This document shows, in pieces, positions 23,401 through 38,400 of a stretch of DNA of 64,000 bases. Under the pieces are notes generated by a model. That model was not told the DNA's origin. It made no database searches and saw only the letters and a list, made by a program, of their open reading frames with translations. The DNA lies in assembly GCA_964057225.1 (NCBI GenBank), contig OZ059900.1:18476001-18540000 (forward strand). Reading direction: 5' to 3'. The DNA comes from Auanema rhodensis (taxonomy: Eukaryota; Animalia; Nematoda). The translations under genes were made by a program, and so were the position numbers. Each line of letters starts with the position of its first letter. Within the stretch, counting starts at the first letter, position 1.

Positions 23401-26400
23401 AGAAATATTTTATTATGCTGGAAAACCAGTTTTTGGAAATTTCGCTGTAAACAAGGTTTTGACTTACGATTTCATGTGTTCAAACTCATGCAATGTCAAT
23501 GAAACCTAGCTCAAAATTGTTCGTACAACGTCTAGTTCCACTTTCACGACAAAAAAACAGGGGTTAGAAAATTAAGGAAATTAGCATATTCTGAGGGCAC
23601 GCCCCTTATGGCTAATATTGATTAAATCGATTTTTGTTCATATGAGTCGTCAAATGCAACGAATTTCAGCGTGTTACATACTAAAATGAAGCATTTTACA
23701 TGCTGAACACTAGAAAAATACAAAAACACAGTATTTCCCACGAGAAATATTTTATTATGCTGGAAAACCAGTTTTTGGAAATTTCGCTGTAAACAAGGTT
23801 TTGACTTACGATTTCATGTGTTCAAACTCATGCAATGTCAATGAAACCTAGCTCAAAATTGTTCGTACAACGTCTAGTTCCACTTTCACGACAAAAAAAC
23901 AAGGGTTAGAAAATTAAGGAAATTAGCATATTCTGAGGGCACGCCCCTTATGGCTAATATTGATTAAATCGATTTTTGTTCATATGAGTCGTCAAATGCA
24001 ACGAATTTCAGCGTGTTACATACTAAAATGAAGCATTTTACATGCTGAACACTAGAAAAATACAAAAACACAGTATTTCCCATGAGAAATATTTTATTAT
24101 GCTGGAAAACCAGTTTTTGGAAATTTCGCTGTAAACAAGGTTTTGACTTACGATTTCATGTGTTCAAACTCATGCAATGTCAATGAAACCTAGCTCAAAA
24201 TTGTTCGTACAACGTCTAGTTCCACTTTCACGACAAAAAAACAGGGGTTAGAAAATTAAGGAAATTAGCATATTCTGAGGGCACGCCCCTTATGGCTAAT
24301 ATTGATTAAATCGATTTTTGTTCATATGAGTCGTCAAATGCAACGAATTTCAGCGTGTTACATACTAAAATGAAGCATTTTACATGCTGAACACTAGAAA
24401 AATACAAAAACACAGTATTTCCCATGAGAAATATTTTATTATGCTGGAAAACCAGTTTTTGGAAATTTCGCTGTAAACAAGGTTTTGACTTACGTTTTCA
24501 TGTGTTCAAACTCATGCAATGTCAATGAAACCTAGCTCAAAATTGTTCGTACAACGTCTAGTTTCACTTTCACGACAAAAAAACAGGGGTTAGAAAACTA
24601 AGGAAATTAGCATATTCTGAGGGCACGCCCCTTATGGCTAATATTGATTAAATCGATTTTTGTTCATATGAGTCGTCAAATGCAACGAATTTCAGCGTGT
24701 TACATACTAAAATGAAGCATTTTACATGCTGAACACTAGAAAAATACAAAAACACAGTATTTCCCATGAGAAATATTTTATTATGCTGGAAAACCAGTTT
24801 TTGGAAATTTCGCTGTAAACAAGGTTTTGACTTACGATTTCATGTGTTCAAACTCATGCAATGTCAATGAAACCTAGCTCAAAATTGTTCGTACAACGTC
24901 TAGTTCCACTTTCACGACAAAAAAACAGGGGTTAGAAAATTAAGGAAATTAGCATATTCTGAGGGCACGCCCCTTATGGCTAATATTGATTAAATCGATT
25001 TTTGTTCATATGAGTCGTCAAATGCAACGAATTTCAGCGTGTTACATACTAAAATGAAGCATTTTACATGCTGAACACTAGAAAAATACAAAAACACAGT
25101 ATTTCCCATGAGAAATATTTTATTATGCTGGAAAACCAGTTTTTGGAAATTTCGCTGTAAACAAGGTTTTGACTTACGATTTCATGTGTTCAAACTCATG
25201 CAATGTCAATGAAACCTAGCTCAAAATTGTTCGTACAACGTCTAGTTCCACTTTCACGACAAAAAAACAGGGGTTAGAAAATTAAGGAAATTAGCATATT
25301 CTGAGGGCACGCCCCTTATGGCTAATATTGATTAAATCGATTTTTGTTCATATGAGTCGTCAAATGCAACGAATTTCAGCGTGTTACATACTAAAATGAA
25401 GCATTTTACATGCTGAACACTAGAAAAATACAAAAACACAGTATTTCCCATAAGAAATATTTTATTATGCTGGAAAACCAGTTTTTGGAAATTTCGCTGT
25501 AAACAAGGTTTTGACTTACGATTTCATGTGTTCAAACTCATGCAATGTCAATGAAACCTAGCTCAAAATTGTTCGTACAACGTCTAGTTCCACTTTCACG
25601 ACAAAAAAACAGGGGTTAGAAAATTAAGGAAATTAGCATATTCTGAGGGCACGCCCCTTATGGCTAATATTGATTAAATCGATTTTTGTTCATATGAGTC
25701 GTCAAATGCAACGAATTTCAGCGTGTTACATACTAAAATGAAGCATTTTACATGCTGAACACTAGAAAAATACAAAAACACAATATTTCCCATGAGAAAT
25801 ATTTTATTATGCTGGAAAACCAGTTTTTGGAAATTTCGCTGTAAACAAGGTTTTGACTTACGATTTCATGTGTTCAAACTCATGCAATGTCAATGAAACC
25901 TAGCTCAAAATTGTTCGTACAACGTCTAGTTCCACTTTCACGACAAAAAAACAAGGGTTAGAAAATTAAGGAAATTAGCATGTTCTGAGGGCACGCCCCT
26001 TATGGCTAATATTGATTAAATCGATTTTTGTTCATATGAGTCGTCAAATGCAACGAATTTCAGCGTGTTACATACTAAAATGAAGCATTTTACATGCTGA
26101 ACACTAGAAAAATACAAAAACACAGTATTTCCCATGAGAAATATTTTATTATGCTGGAAAACCAGTTTTTGGAAATTTCGCTGTAAACAAGGTTTTGACT
26201 TACGATTTCATGTGTTCAAACTCATGCAATGTCAATGAAACCTAGCTCAAAATTGTTCGTACAACGTCTAGTTTCACTTTCACGACAAAAAAACAGGGGT
26301 TAGAAAACTAAGGAAATTAGCATATTCTGAGGGCACGCCCCTTATGGCTAATATTGATTAAATCGATTTTTGTTCATATGAGTCGTCAAATGCAACGAAT

Positions 26401-29400
26401 TTCAGCGTGTTACATACTAAAATGAAGCATTTTACATGCTGAACACTAGAAAAATACAAAAACACAGTATTTCCCATGAGAAATATTTTATTATGCTGGA
26501 AAACCAGTTTTTGGAAATTTCGCTGTAAACAAGGTTTTGACTTACGATTTCATGTGTTCAAACTCATGCAATGTCAATGAAACCTAGCTCAAAATTGTTC
26601 GTACAACGTCTAGTTTCACTTTCACGACAAAAAAACAGGGGTTAGAAAACTAAGGAAATTAGCATATTCTGAGGGCACGCCCCTTATGGCTAATATTGAT
26701 TAAATCGATTTTTGTTCATATGAGTCGTCAAATGCAACGAATTTCAGCGTGTTACATACTAAAATGAAGCATTTTACATGCTGAACACTAGAAAAATACA
26801 AAAACACAGTATTTCCCATGAGAAATATTTTATTATGCTGGAAAACCAGTTTTTGGAAATTTCGCTGTAAACAAGGTTTTGACTTACGATTTCATGTGTT
26901 CAAACTCATGCAATGTCAATGAAACCTAGCTCAAAATTGTTCGTACAACGTCTAGTTCCACTTTCACGACAAAAAAACAGGGGTTAGAAAATTAAGGAAA
27001 TTAGCATATTCTGAGGGCACGCCCCTTATGGCTAATATTGATTAAATCGATTTTTGTTAATATGAGTCGTCAAATGCAACGAATTTCGGCGTGTTACATA
27101 CTAAAATGAAGCATTTTACATGCTGAACACTAGAAAAATACAAAAACACAGTATTTCCCATGAGAAATATTTTATTATGCTGGAAAACCAGTTTTTGGAA
27201 ATTTCGCTGTAAACAAGGTTTTGACTTACGATTTCATGTGTTCAAACTCATGCAATGTCAATGAAACCTAGCTCAAAATTGTTCGTACAACGTCTAGTTC
27301 CACTTTCACGACAAAAAAACAGGGGTTAGAAAATTAAGGAAATTAGCATATTCTGAGGGCACGCCCCTTATGGCTAATATTGATTAAATCGATTTTTGTT
27401 CATATGAGTCGTCAAATGCAACGAATTTCAGCGTGTTACATACTAAAATGAAGCATTTTACATGCTGAACACTAGAAAAATACAAAAACACAGTATTTCC
27501 CATGAGAAATATTTTATTATGCTGGAAAACCAGTTTTTGGAAATTTCGCTGTAAACAAGGTTTTGACTTACGATTTCATGTGTTCAAACTCATGCAATGT
27601 CAATGAAACCTAGCTCAAAATTGTTCGTACAACGTCTAGTTCCACTTTCACGACAAAAAAACAAGGGTTAGAAAATTAAGGAAATTAGCATATTCTGAGG
27701 GCACGCCCCTTATGGCTAATATTGATTAAATCGATTTTTGTTCATATGAGTCGTCAAATGCAACGAATTTCAGCGTGTTACATACTAAAATGAAGCATTT
27801 TACATGCTGAACACTAGAAAAATACAAAAACACAGTATTTCCCATGAGAAATATTTTATTATGCTGGAAAACCAGTTTTTGGAAATTTCGCTGTAAACAA
27901 GGTTTTGACTTACGATTTCATGTGTTCAAACTCATGCAATGTCAATGAAACCTAGCTCAAAATTGTTCGTACAACGTCTAGTTCCACTTTCACGACAAAA
28001 AAACAGGGGTTAGAAAATTAAGGAAATTAGCATATTCTGAGGGCACGCCCCTTATGGCTAATATTGATTAAATCGATTTTTGTTCATATGAGTCGTCAAA
28101 TGCAACGAATTCCAGCGTGTTACATACTAAAATGAAGCATTTTACATGCTGAACACTAGAAAAATACAAAAACACAGTATTTCCCATGAGAAATATTTTA
28201 TTATGCTGGAAAACCAGTTTTTGGAAATTTCGCTGTAAACAAGGTTTTGACTGACGATTTCATGTGTTCAAACTCATGCAATGTCAATGAAACCTAGCTC
28301 AAAATTGTTCGTACAACGTCTAGTTCCACTTTCACGACAAAAAAACAGGGGTTAGAAAATTAAGGAAATTAGCATATTCTGAGGGCACGCCCCTTATGGC
28401 TAATATTGATTAAATCGATTTTTGTTCATATGAGTCGTCAAATGCAACGAATTTCAGCGTGTTACATACTAAAATGAAGCATTTTACATGCTGAACACTA
28501 GAAAAATACAAAAACACAATATTTCCCATGAGAAATATTTTATTATGCTGGAAAACCAGTTTTTGGAAATTTCGCTGTAAACAAGGTTTTGACTTACGAT
28601 TTCATGTGTTCAAACTCATGCAATGTCAATGAAACCTAGCTCAAAATTGTTCGTACAACGTCTAGTTCCACTTTCACGACAAAAAAACAAGGGTTAGAAA
28701 ATTAAGGAAATTAGCATGTTCTGAGGGCACGCCCCTTATGGCTAATATTGATTAAATCGATTTTTGTTCATATGAGTCGTCAAATGCAACGAATTTCAGA
28801 GTGTTACATACTAAAATGAAGCATTTTACATGCTGAACACTAGAAAAATACAAAAACACAGTATTTCCCATGAGAAATATTTTATTATGCTGGAAAACCA
28901 GTTTTTGGAAATTTCGCTGTAAACAAGGTTTTGACTTACGATTTCATGTGTTCAAACTCATGCAATGTCAATGAAACCTAGCTCAAAATTGTTCGTACAA
29001 CGTCTAGTTTCACTTTCACGACAAAAAAACAGGGGTTAGAAAACTAAGGAAATTAGCATATTCTGAGGGCACGCCCCTTATGGCTAATATTGATTAAATC
29101 GATTTTTGTTCATATGAGTCGTCAAATGCAAGGAATTTCATCGTGTTACATACTAAAATGAAGCATTATACATGCTGAACACTAGAAAAATACAAAAACA
29201 CAGTATTTCCCATGAGAAATATTTTATTATGCTGGAAAACCAGTTTTTGGAAATTTCGCTGTAAACAAGGTTTTGACTTACGATTTCATGTGTTCAAACT
29301 CATGCAATGTCAATGAAACCTAGCTCAAAATTGTTCGTACAACGTCTAGTTTCACTTTCACGACAAAAAAACAGGGGTTAGAAAACTAAGGAAATTAGCA

Positions 29401-32400
29401 TATTCTGAGGGCACGCCCCTTATGGCTAATATTGATTAAATCGATTTTTGTTCATATGAGTCGTCAAATGCAACGAATTTCAGCGTGTTACATACTAAAA
29501 TGAAGCATTTTACATGCTGAACACTAGAAAAATACAAAAACACAGTATTTCCCATGAGAAATATTTTATTATGCTGGAAAACCAGTTTTTGGAAATTTCG
29601 CTGTAAACAAGGTTTTGACTTACGATTTCATGTGTTCAAACTCATGCAATGTCAATGAAACCTAGCTCAAAATTGTTCGTACAACGTCTAGTTCCACTTT
29701 CACGACAAAAAAACAGGGGTTAGAAAATTAAGGAAATTAGCATATTCTGAGGGCACGCCCCTTATGGCTAATATTGATTAAATCGATTTTTGTTAATATG
29801 AGTCGTCAAATGCAACGAATTTCAGCGTGTTACATACTAAAATGAAGCATTTTACATGCTGAACACTAGAAAAATACAAAAACACAGTATTTCCCATGAG
29901 AAATATTTTATTATGCTGGAAAACCAGTTTTTGGAAATTTCGCTGTAAACAAGGTTTTGACTTACGATTTCATGTGTTCAAACTCATGCAATGTCAATGA
30001 AACCTAGCTCAAAATTGTTCGTACAACGTCTAGTTTCACTTTCACGACAAAAAAACAGGGGTTAGAAAACTAAGGAAATTAGCATATTCTGAGGGCACGC
30101 CCCTTATGGCTAATATTGATTAAATCGATTTTTGTTCATATGAGTCGTCAAATGCAACGAATTTCAGCGTGTTACATACTAAAATGAAGCATTTTACATG
30201 CTGAACACTAGAAAAATACAAAAACACAGTATTTCCCATGAGAAATATTTTATTATGCTGGAAAACCAGTTTTTGGAAATTTCGCTGTAAACAAGGTTTT
30301 GACTTACGATTTCATGTGTTCAAACTCATGCAATGTCAATGAAACCTAGCTCAAAATTGTTCGTACAACGTCTAGTTCCACTTTCACGACAAAAAAACAG
30401 GGGTTAGAAAATTAAGGAAATTAGCATATTCTGAGGGCACGCCCCTTATGGCTAATATTGATTAAATCGATTTTTGTTAATATGAGTCGTCAAATGCAAC
30501 GAATTTCAGCGTGTTACATACTAAAATGAAGCATTTTACATGCTGAACACTAGAAAAATACAAAAACACAGTATTTCCCATGAGAAATATTTTATTATGC
30601 TGGAAAACCAGTTTTTGGAAATTTCGCTGTAAACAAGGTTTTGACTTACGATTTCATGTGTTCAAACTCATGCAATGTCAATGAAACCTAGCTCAAAATT
30701 GTTCGTACAACGTCTAGTTTCACTTTCACGACAAAAAAACAGGGGTTAGAAAACTAAGGAAATTAGCATATTCTGAGGGCACGCCCCTTATGGCTAATAT
30801 TGATTAAATCGATTTTTGTTCATATGAGTCGTCAAATGCAACGAATTTCAGCGTGTTACATACTAAAATGAAGCATTTTACATGCTGAACACTAGAAAAA
30901 TACAAAAACACAGTATTTCCCATGAGAAATATTTTATTATGCTGGAAAACCAGTTTTTGGAAATTTCGCTGTAAACAAGGTTTTGACTTACGATTTCATG
31001 TGTTCAAACTCATGCAATGTCAATGAAACCTAGCTCAAAATTGTTCGTACAACGTCTAGTTCCACTTTCACGACAAAAAAACAAGGGTTAGAAAATTAAG
31101 GAAATTAGCATATTCTGAGGGCACGCCCCTTATGGCTAATATTGATTAAATCGATTTTTGTTCATATGAGTCGTCAAATGCAACGAATTTCAGCGTGTTA
31201 CATACTAAAATGAAGCATTTTACATGCTGAACACTAGAAAAATACAAAAACACAGTATTTCCCATGAGAAATATTTTATTATGCTGGAAAACCAGTTTTT
31301 GGAAATTTCGCTGTAAACAAGGTTTTGACTTACGATTTCATGTGTTCAAACTCATGCAATGTCAATGAAACCTAGCTCAAAATTGTTCGTACAACGTCTA
31401 GTTCCACTTTCACGACAAAAAAACAGGGGTTAGAAAATTAAGGAAATTAGCATATTCTGAGGGCACGCCCCTTATGGCTAATATTGATTAAATCGATTTT
31501 TGTTCATATGAGTCGTCAAATGCAACGAATTTCAGCGTGTTACATACTAAAATGAAGCATTTTACATGCTGAACACTAGAAAAATACAAAAACACAGTAT
31601 TTCCCATGAGAAATATTTTATTATGCTGGAAAACCAGTTTTTGGAAATTTCGCTGTAAACAAGGTTTTGACTTACGATTTCATGTGTTCAAACTCATGCA
31701 ATGTCAATGAAACCTAGCTCAAAATTGTTCGTACAACGTCTAGTTCCACTTTCACGGCAAAAAAAACAGGGGTTAGAAAATTAAGGAAATTAGCATATTC
31801 TGAGGGCACGCCCCTTATGGCTAATATTGATTAAATCGATTTTTGTTCATATGAGTCGTCAAATGCAACGAATTTCAGCGTGTTACATACTAAAATGAAG
31901 CATTTTACATGCTGAACACTAGAAAAATACAAAAACACAGTATTTCCCATGAGAAATATTTTATTATGCTGGAAAACCAGTTTTTGGAAATTTCGCTGTA
32001 AACAAGGTTTTGACTTACGATTTCATGTGTTCAAACTCATGCAATGTCAATGAAACCTAGCTCAAAATTGTTCGTACAACGTCTAGTTCCACTTTCACGA
32101 CAAAAAAACAGGGGTTAGAAAATTAAGGAAATTAGCATATTCTGAGGGCACGCCCCTTATGGCTAATATTGATTAAATCGATTTTTGTTCATATGAGTCG
32201 TCAAATGCAACGAATTTCAGCGTGTTACATACTAAAATGAAGCATTTTACATGCTGAACACTAGAAAAATACAAAAACACAGTATTTCCCATGAGAAATA
32301 TTTTATTATGCTGGAAAACCAGTTTTTGGAAATTTCGCTGTAAACAAGGTTTTGACTTACGATTTCATGTGTTCAAACTCATGCAATGTCAATGAAACCT

Positions 32401-35400
32401 AGCTCAAAATTGTTCGTACAACGTCTAGTTCCACTTTCACGGCAAAAAAAACAGGGGTTAGAAAATTAAGGAAATTAGCATATTCTGAGGGCACGCCCCT
32501 TATGGCTAATATTGATTAAATCGATTTTTGTTCATATGAGTCGTCAAATGCAACGAATTTCAGCGTGTTACATACTAAAATGAAGCATTTTACATGCTGA
32601 ACACTAGAAAAATACAAAAACACAGTATTTCCCATGAGAAATATTTTATTATGCTGGAAAACCAGTTTTTGGAAATTTCGCTGTAAACAAGGTTTTGACT
32701 TACGATTTCATGTGTTCAAACTCATGCAATGTCAATGAAACCTAGCTCAAAATTGTTCGTACAACGTCTAGTTCCACTTTCACGACAAAAAAACAGGGGT
32801 TAGAAAATTAAGGAAATTAGCATATTCTGAGGGCACGCCCCTTATGGCTAATATTGATTAAATCGATTTTTGTTCATATGAGTCGTCAAATGCAACGAAT
32901 TTCAGCGTGTTACATACTAAAATGAAGCATTTTACATGCTGAACACTAGAAAAATACAAAAACACAGTATTTCCCATGAGAAATATTTTATTATGCTGGA
33001 AAACCAGTTTTTGGAAATTTCGCTGTAAACAAGGTTTTGACTTACGATTTCATGTGTTCAAACTCATGCAATGTCAATGTAACCTAGCTCAAAATTGTTC
33101 GTACAACGTCTAGTTCCACTTTCACGACAAAAAAACAGGGGTTAGAAAACTAAGGAAATTAGCATATTCTGAGGGCACGCCCCTTATGGCTAATATTGAT
33201 TAAATCGATTTTTGTTCATATGAGTCGTCAAATGCAACGAATTTCAGCGTGTTACATACTAAAATGAAGCATTTTACATGCTGAACACTAGAAAAATACA
33301 AAAACACAGTATTTCCCATGAGAAATATTTTATTATGCTGGAAAACCAGTTTTTGGAAATTTCGCTGTAAACAAGGTTTTGACTTACGATTTCATGTGTT
33401 CAAACTCATGCAATGTCAATGAAACCTAGCTCAAAAATGTTCGTACAACGTCTAGTTCCACTTTCACGACAAAAAAACAGGGGTTAGAAAATTAAGGAAA
33501 TTAGCATATTCTGAGGGCACGCCCCTTATGGCTAATATTGATTAAATCGATTTTTGTTCATATGAGTCGTCAAATGCAACGAATTTCAGCGTGTTACATA
33601 CTAAAATGAAGCATTTTACATGCTGAACACTAGAAAAATACAAAAACACAGTATTTCCCATGAGAAATATTTTATTATGCTGGAAAACCAGTTTTTGGAA
33701 ATTTCGCTGTAAACAAGGTTTTGACTTACGATTTCATGTGTTCAAACTCATGCAATGTCAATGAAACCTAGCTCAAAATTGTTCGTACAACGTCTAGTTC
33801 CACTTTCACGACAAAAAAACAAGGGTTAGAAAATTAAGGAAATTAGCATATTCTGAGGGCACGCCCCTTATGGCTAATATTGATTAAATCGATTTTTGTT
33901 CATATGAGTCGTCAAATGCAACGAATTTCAGCGTGTTACATACTAAAATGAAGCATTTTACATGCTGAACACTAGAAAAATACAAAAACACAGTATTTCC
34001 CATGAGAAATATTTTATTATGCTGGAAAACCAGTTTTTGGAAATTTCGCTGTAAACAAGGTTTTGACTTACGATTTCATGTGTTCAAACTCATGCAATGT
34101 CAATGAAACCTAGCTCAAAATTGTTCGTACAACGTCTAGTTCCACTTTCACGGCAAAAAAACAGGGGTTAGAGAATTAAGGAAATTAGCATATTCTGAGG
34201 GCACGCCCCTTATGGCTAATATTGATTAAATCGATTTTTGTTCATATGAGTCGTCAAATGCAACGAATTTCAGCGTGTTACATACTAAAATGAAGCATTT
34301 TACATGCTGAACACTAGAAAAATACAAAAACACAGTATTTCCCATGAGAAATATTTTATTATGCTGGAAAACCAGTTTTTGGAAATTTCGCTGTAAACAA
34401 GGTTTTGACTTACGATTTCATGTGTTCAAACTCATGCAATGTCAATGAAACCTAGCTCAAAATTGTTCGTACAACGTCTAGTTCCACTTTCACGACAAAA
34501 AAACAAGGGTTAGAAAATTAAGGAAATTAGCATATTCTGAGGGCACGCCCCTTATGGCTAATATTGATTAAATCGATTTTTGTTCATATGAGTCGTCAAA
34601 TGCAACGAATTTCAGCGTGTTACATACTAAAATGAAGCATTTTACATGCTGAACACTAGAAAAATACAAAAACACAGTATTTCCCATGAGAAATATTTTA
34701 TTATGCTGGAAAACCAGTTTTTGGAAATTTCGCTGTAAACAAGGTTTTGACTTACGATTTCATGTGTTCAAACTCATGCAATGTCAATGTAACCTAGCTC
34801 AAAATTGTTCGTACAACGTCTAGTTCCACTTTCACGACAAAAAAACAGGGGTTAGAAAACTAAGGAAATTAGCATATTCTGAGGGCACGCCCCTTATGGC
34901 TAATATTGATTAAATCGATTTTTGTTCATATGAGTCGTCAAATGCAACGAATTTCAGCGTGTTACATACTAAAATGAAGCATTTTACATGCTGAACACTA
35001 GAAAAATACAAAAACACAGTATTTCCCATGAGAAATATTTTATTATGCTGGAAAACCAGTTTTTGGAAATTTCGCTGTAAACAAGGTTTTGACTTACGAT
35101 TTCATGTGTTCAAACTCATGCAATGTCAATGAAACCTAGCTCAAAATTGTTTGTACAACGTCTAGTTCCACTTTCACGACAAAAAAACAGGGGTTAGAAA
35201 ATTAAGGAAATTAGCATATTCTGAGGGCACGCCCCTTATGGCTAATATTGATTAAATCGATTTTTGTTCATATGAGTCGTCAAATGCAACGAATTTCAGC
35301 GTGTTACATACTAAAATGAAGCATTTTACATGCTGAACACTAGAAAAATACAAAAACACAATATTTCCCATGAGAAATATTTTATTATGCTGGAAAACCA

Positions 35401-38400
35401 GTTTTTGGAAATTTCGCTGTAAACAAGGTTTTGACTTACGATTTCATGTGTTCAAACTCATGCACTGTCAATGAAACCTAGCTCAAAATTGTTCGTACAA
35501 CGTCTAGTTCCACTTTCACGACAAAAAAACAGGGGTTAGAAAATTAAGGAAATTAGCATATTCTGAGGGCACGCCCCTTATGGCTAATATTGATTAAATC
35601 GATTTTTGTTCATATGAGTCGTCAAATGCAACGAATTTCAGCGTGTTACATACTAAAATGAAGCATTTTACATGCTGAACACTAGAAAAATACAAAAACA
35701 CAGTATTTCCCATGAGAAATATTTTATTATGCTGGAAAACCAGTTTTTGGAAATTTCGCTGTAAACAAGGTTTTGACTTACGATTTCATGTGTTCAAACT
35801 CATGCAATGTCAATGAAACCTAGCTCAAAATTGTTCGTACAACGTCTAGTTCCACTTTCACGGCAAAAAAAACAGGGGTTAGAAAATTAAGGAAATTAGC
35901 ATATTCTGAGGGCACGCCCCTTATGGCTAATATTGATTAAATCGATTTTTGTTCATATGAGTCGTCAAATGCAACGAATTTCAGCGTGTTACATACTAAA
36001 ATGAAGCATTTTACATGCTGAACACTAGAAAAATACAAAAACACAGTATTTCCCATGAGAAATATTTTATTATGCTGGAAAACCAGTTTTTGGAAATTTC
36101 GCTGTAAACAAGGTTTTGACTTACGATTTCATGTGTTCAAACTCATGCAATGTCAATGAAACCTAGCTCAAAATTGTTCGTACAACGTCTAGTTCCACTT
36201 TCACGACAAAAAAACAGGGGTTAGAAAATTAAGGAAATTAGCATATTCTGAGGGCACGCCCCTTATGGCTAATATTGATTAAATCGATTTTTGTTCATAT
36301 GAGTCGTCAAATGCAACGAATTTCAGCGTGTTACATACTAAAATGAAACATTTTACATGCTGAACACTAGAAAAATACAAAAACACAGTATTTCCCATGA
36401 GAAATATTTTATTATGCTGGAAAACCAGTTTTTGGAAATTTCGCTGTAAACAAGGTTTTGACTTACGATTTCATGTGTTCAAACTCATGCAATGTCAATG
36501 AAACCTAGCTCAAAATTGTTCGTACAACGTCTAGTTCCACTTTCACGGCAAAAAAAACAGGGGTTAGAAAATTAAGGAAATTAGCATATTCTGAGGGCAC
36601 GCCCCTTATGGCTAATATTGATTAAATCGATTTTTGTTCATATGAGTCGTCAAATGCAACGAATTTCAGCGTGTTACATACTAAAATGAAGCATTTTACA
36701 TGCTGAACACTAGAAAAATACAAAAACACAGTATTTCCCATGAGAAATATTTTATTATGCTGGAAAACCAGTTTTTGGAAATTTCGCTGTAAACAAGGTT
36801 TTGACTTACGATTTCATGTGTTCAAACTCATGCAATGTCAATGAAACCTAGCTCAAAATTGTTCGTACAACGTCTAGTTCCACTTTCACGGCAAAAAAAC
36901 AGGGGTTAGAGAATTAAGGAAATTAGCATATTCTGAGGGCACGCCCCTTATGGCTAATATTGATTAAATCGATTTTTGTTCATATGAGTCGTCAAATGCA
37001 ACGAATTTCAGCGTGTTACATACTAAAATGAAGCATTTTACATGCTGAACACTAGAAAAATACAAAAACACAGTATTTCCCATGAGAAATATTTTATTAT
37101 GCTGGAAAACCAGTTTTTGGAAATTTCGCTGTAAACAAGGTTTTGACTTACGATTTCATGTGTTCAAACTCATGCAATGTCAATGAAACCTAGCTCAAAA
37201 TTGTTCGTACAACGTCTAGTTCCACTTTCACGACAAAAAAACAAGGGTTAGAAAATTAAGGAAATTAGCATATTCTGAGGGCACGCCCCTTATGGCTAAT
37301 ATTGATTAAATCGATTTTTGTTCATATGAGTCGTCAAATGCAACGAATTTCAGCGTGTTACATACTAAAATGAAGCATTTTACATGTTGAACACTAGAAA
37401 AATACAAAAACACAGTATTTCCCATGAGAAATATTTTATTATGCTGGAAAACCAGTTTTTGGAAATTTCGCTGTAAACAAGGTTTTGACTTACGATTTCA
37501 TGTGTTCAAACTCATGCAATGTCAATGTAACCTAGCTCAAAATTGTTCGTACAACGTCTAGTTCCACTTTCACGACAAAAAAACAGGGGTTAGAAAACTA
37601 AGGAAATTAGCATATTCTGAGGGCACGCCCCTTATGGCTAATATTGATTAAATCGATTTTTGTTCATATGAGTCGTCAAATGCAACGAATTTCAGCGTGT
37701 TACATACTAAAATGAAGCATTTTACATGCTGAACACTAGAAAAATACAAAAACACAGTATTTCCCATGAGAAATATTTTATTATGCTGGAAAACCAGTTT
37801 TTGGAAATTTCGCTGTAAACAAGGTTTTGACTTACGATTTCATGTGTTCAAACTCATGCAATGTCAATGAAACCTAGCTCAAAATTGTTTGTACAACGTC
37901 TAGTTCCACTTTCACGACAAAAAAACAGGGGTTAGAAAATTAAGGAAATTAGCATATTCTGAGGGCACGCCCCTTATGGCTAATATTGATTAAATCGATT
38001 TTTGTTCATATGAGTCGTCAAATGCAACGAATTTCAGCGTGTTACATACTAAAATGAAGCATTTTACATGCTGAACACTAGAAAAATACAAAAACACAAT
38101 ATTTCCCATGAGAAATATTTTATTATGCTGGAAAACCAGTTTTTGGAAATTTCGCTGTAAACAAGGTTTTGACTTACGATTTCATGTGTTCAAACTCATG
38201 CAATGTCAATGAAACCTAGCTCAAAATTGTTCGTACAACGTCTAGTTCCACTTTCACGACAAAAAAACAAGGGTTAGAAAATTAAGGAAATTAGCATGTT
38301 CTGAGGGCACGCCCCTTATGGCTAATATTGATTAAATCGATTTTTGTTCATATGAGTCGTCAAATGCAACGAATTTCAGCGTGTTACATACTAAAATGAA

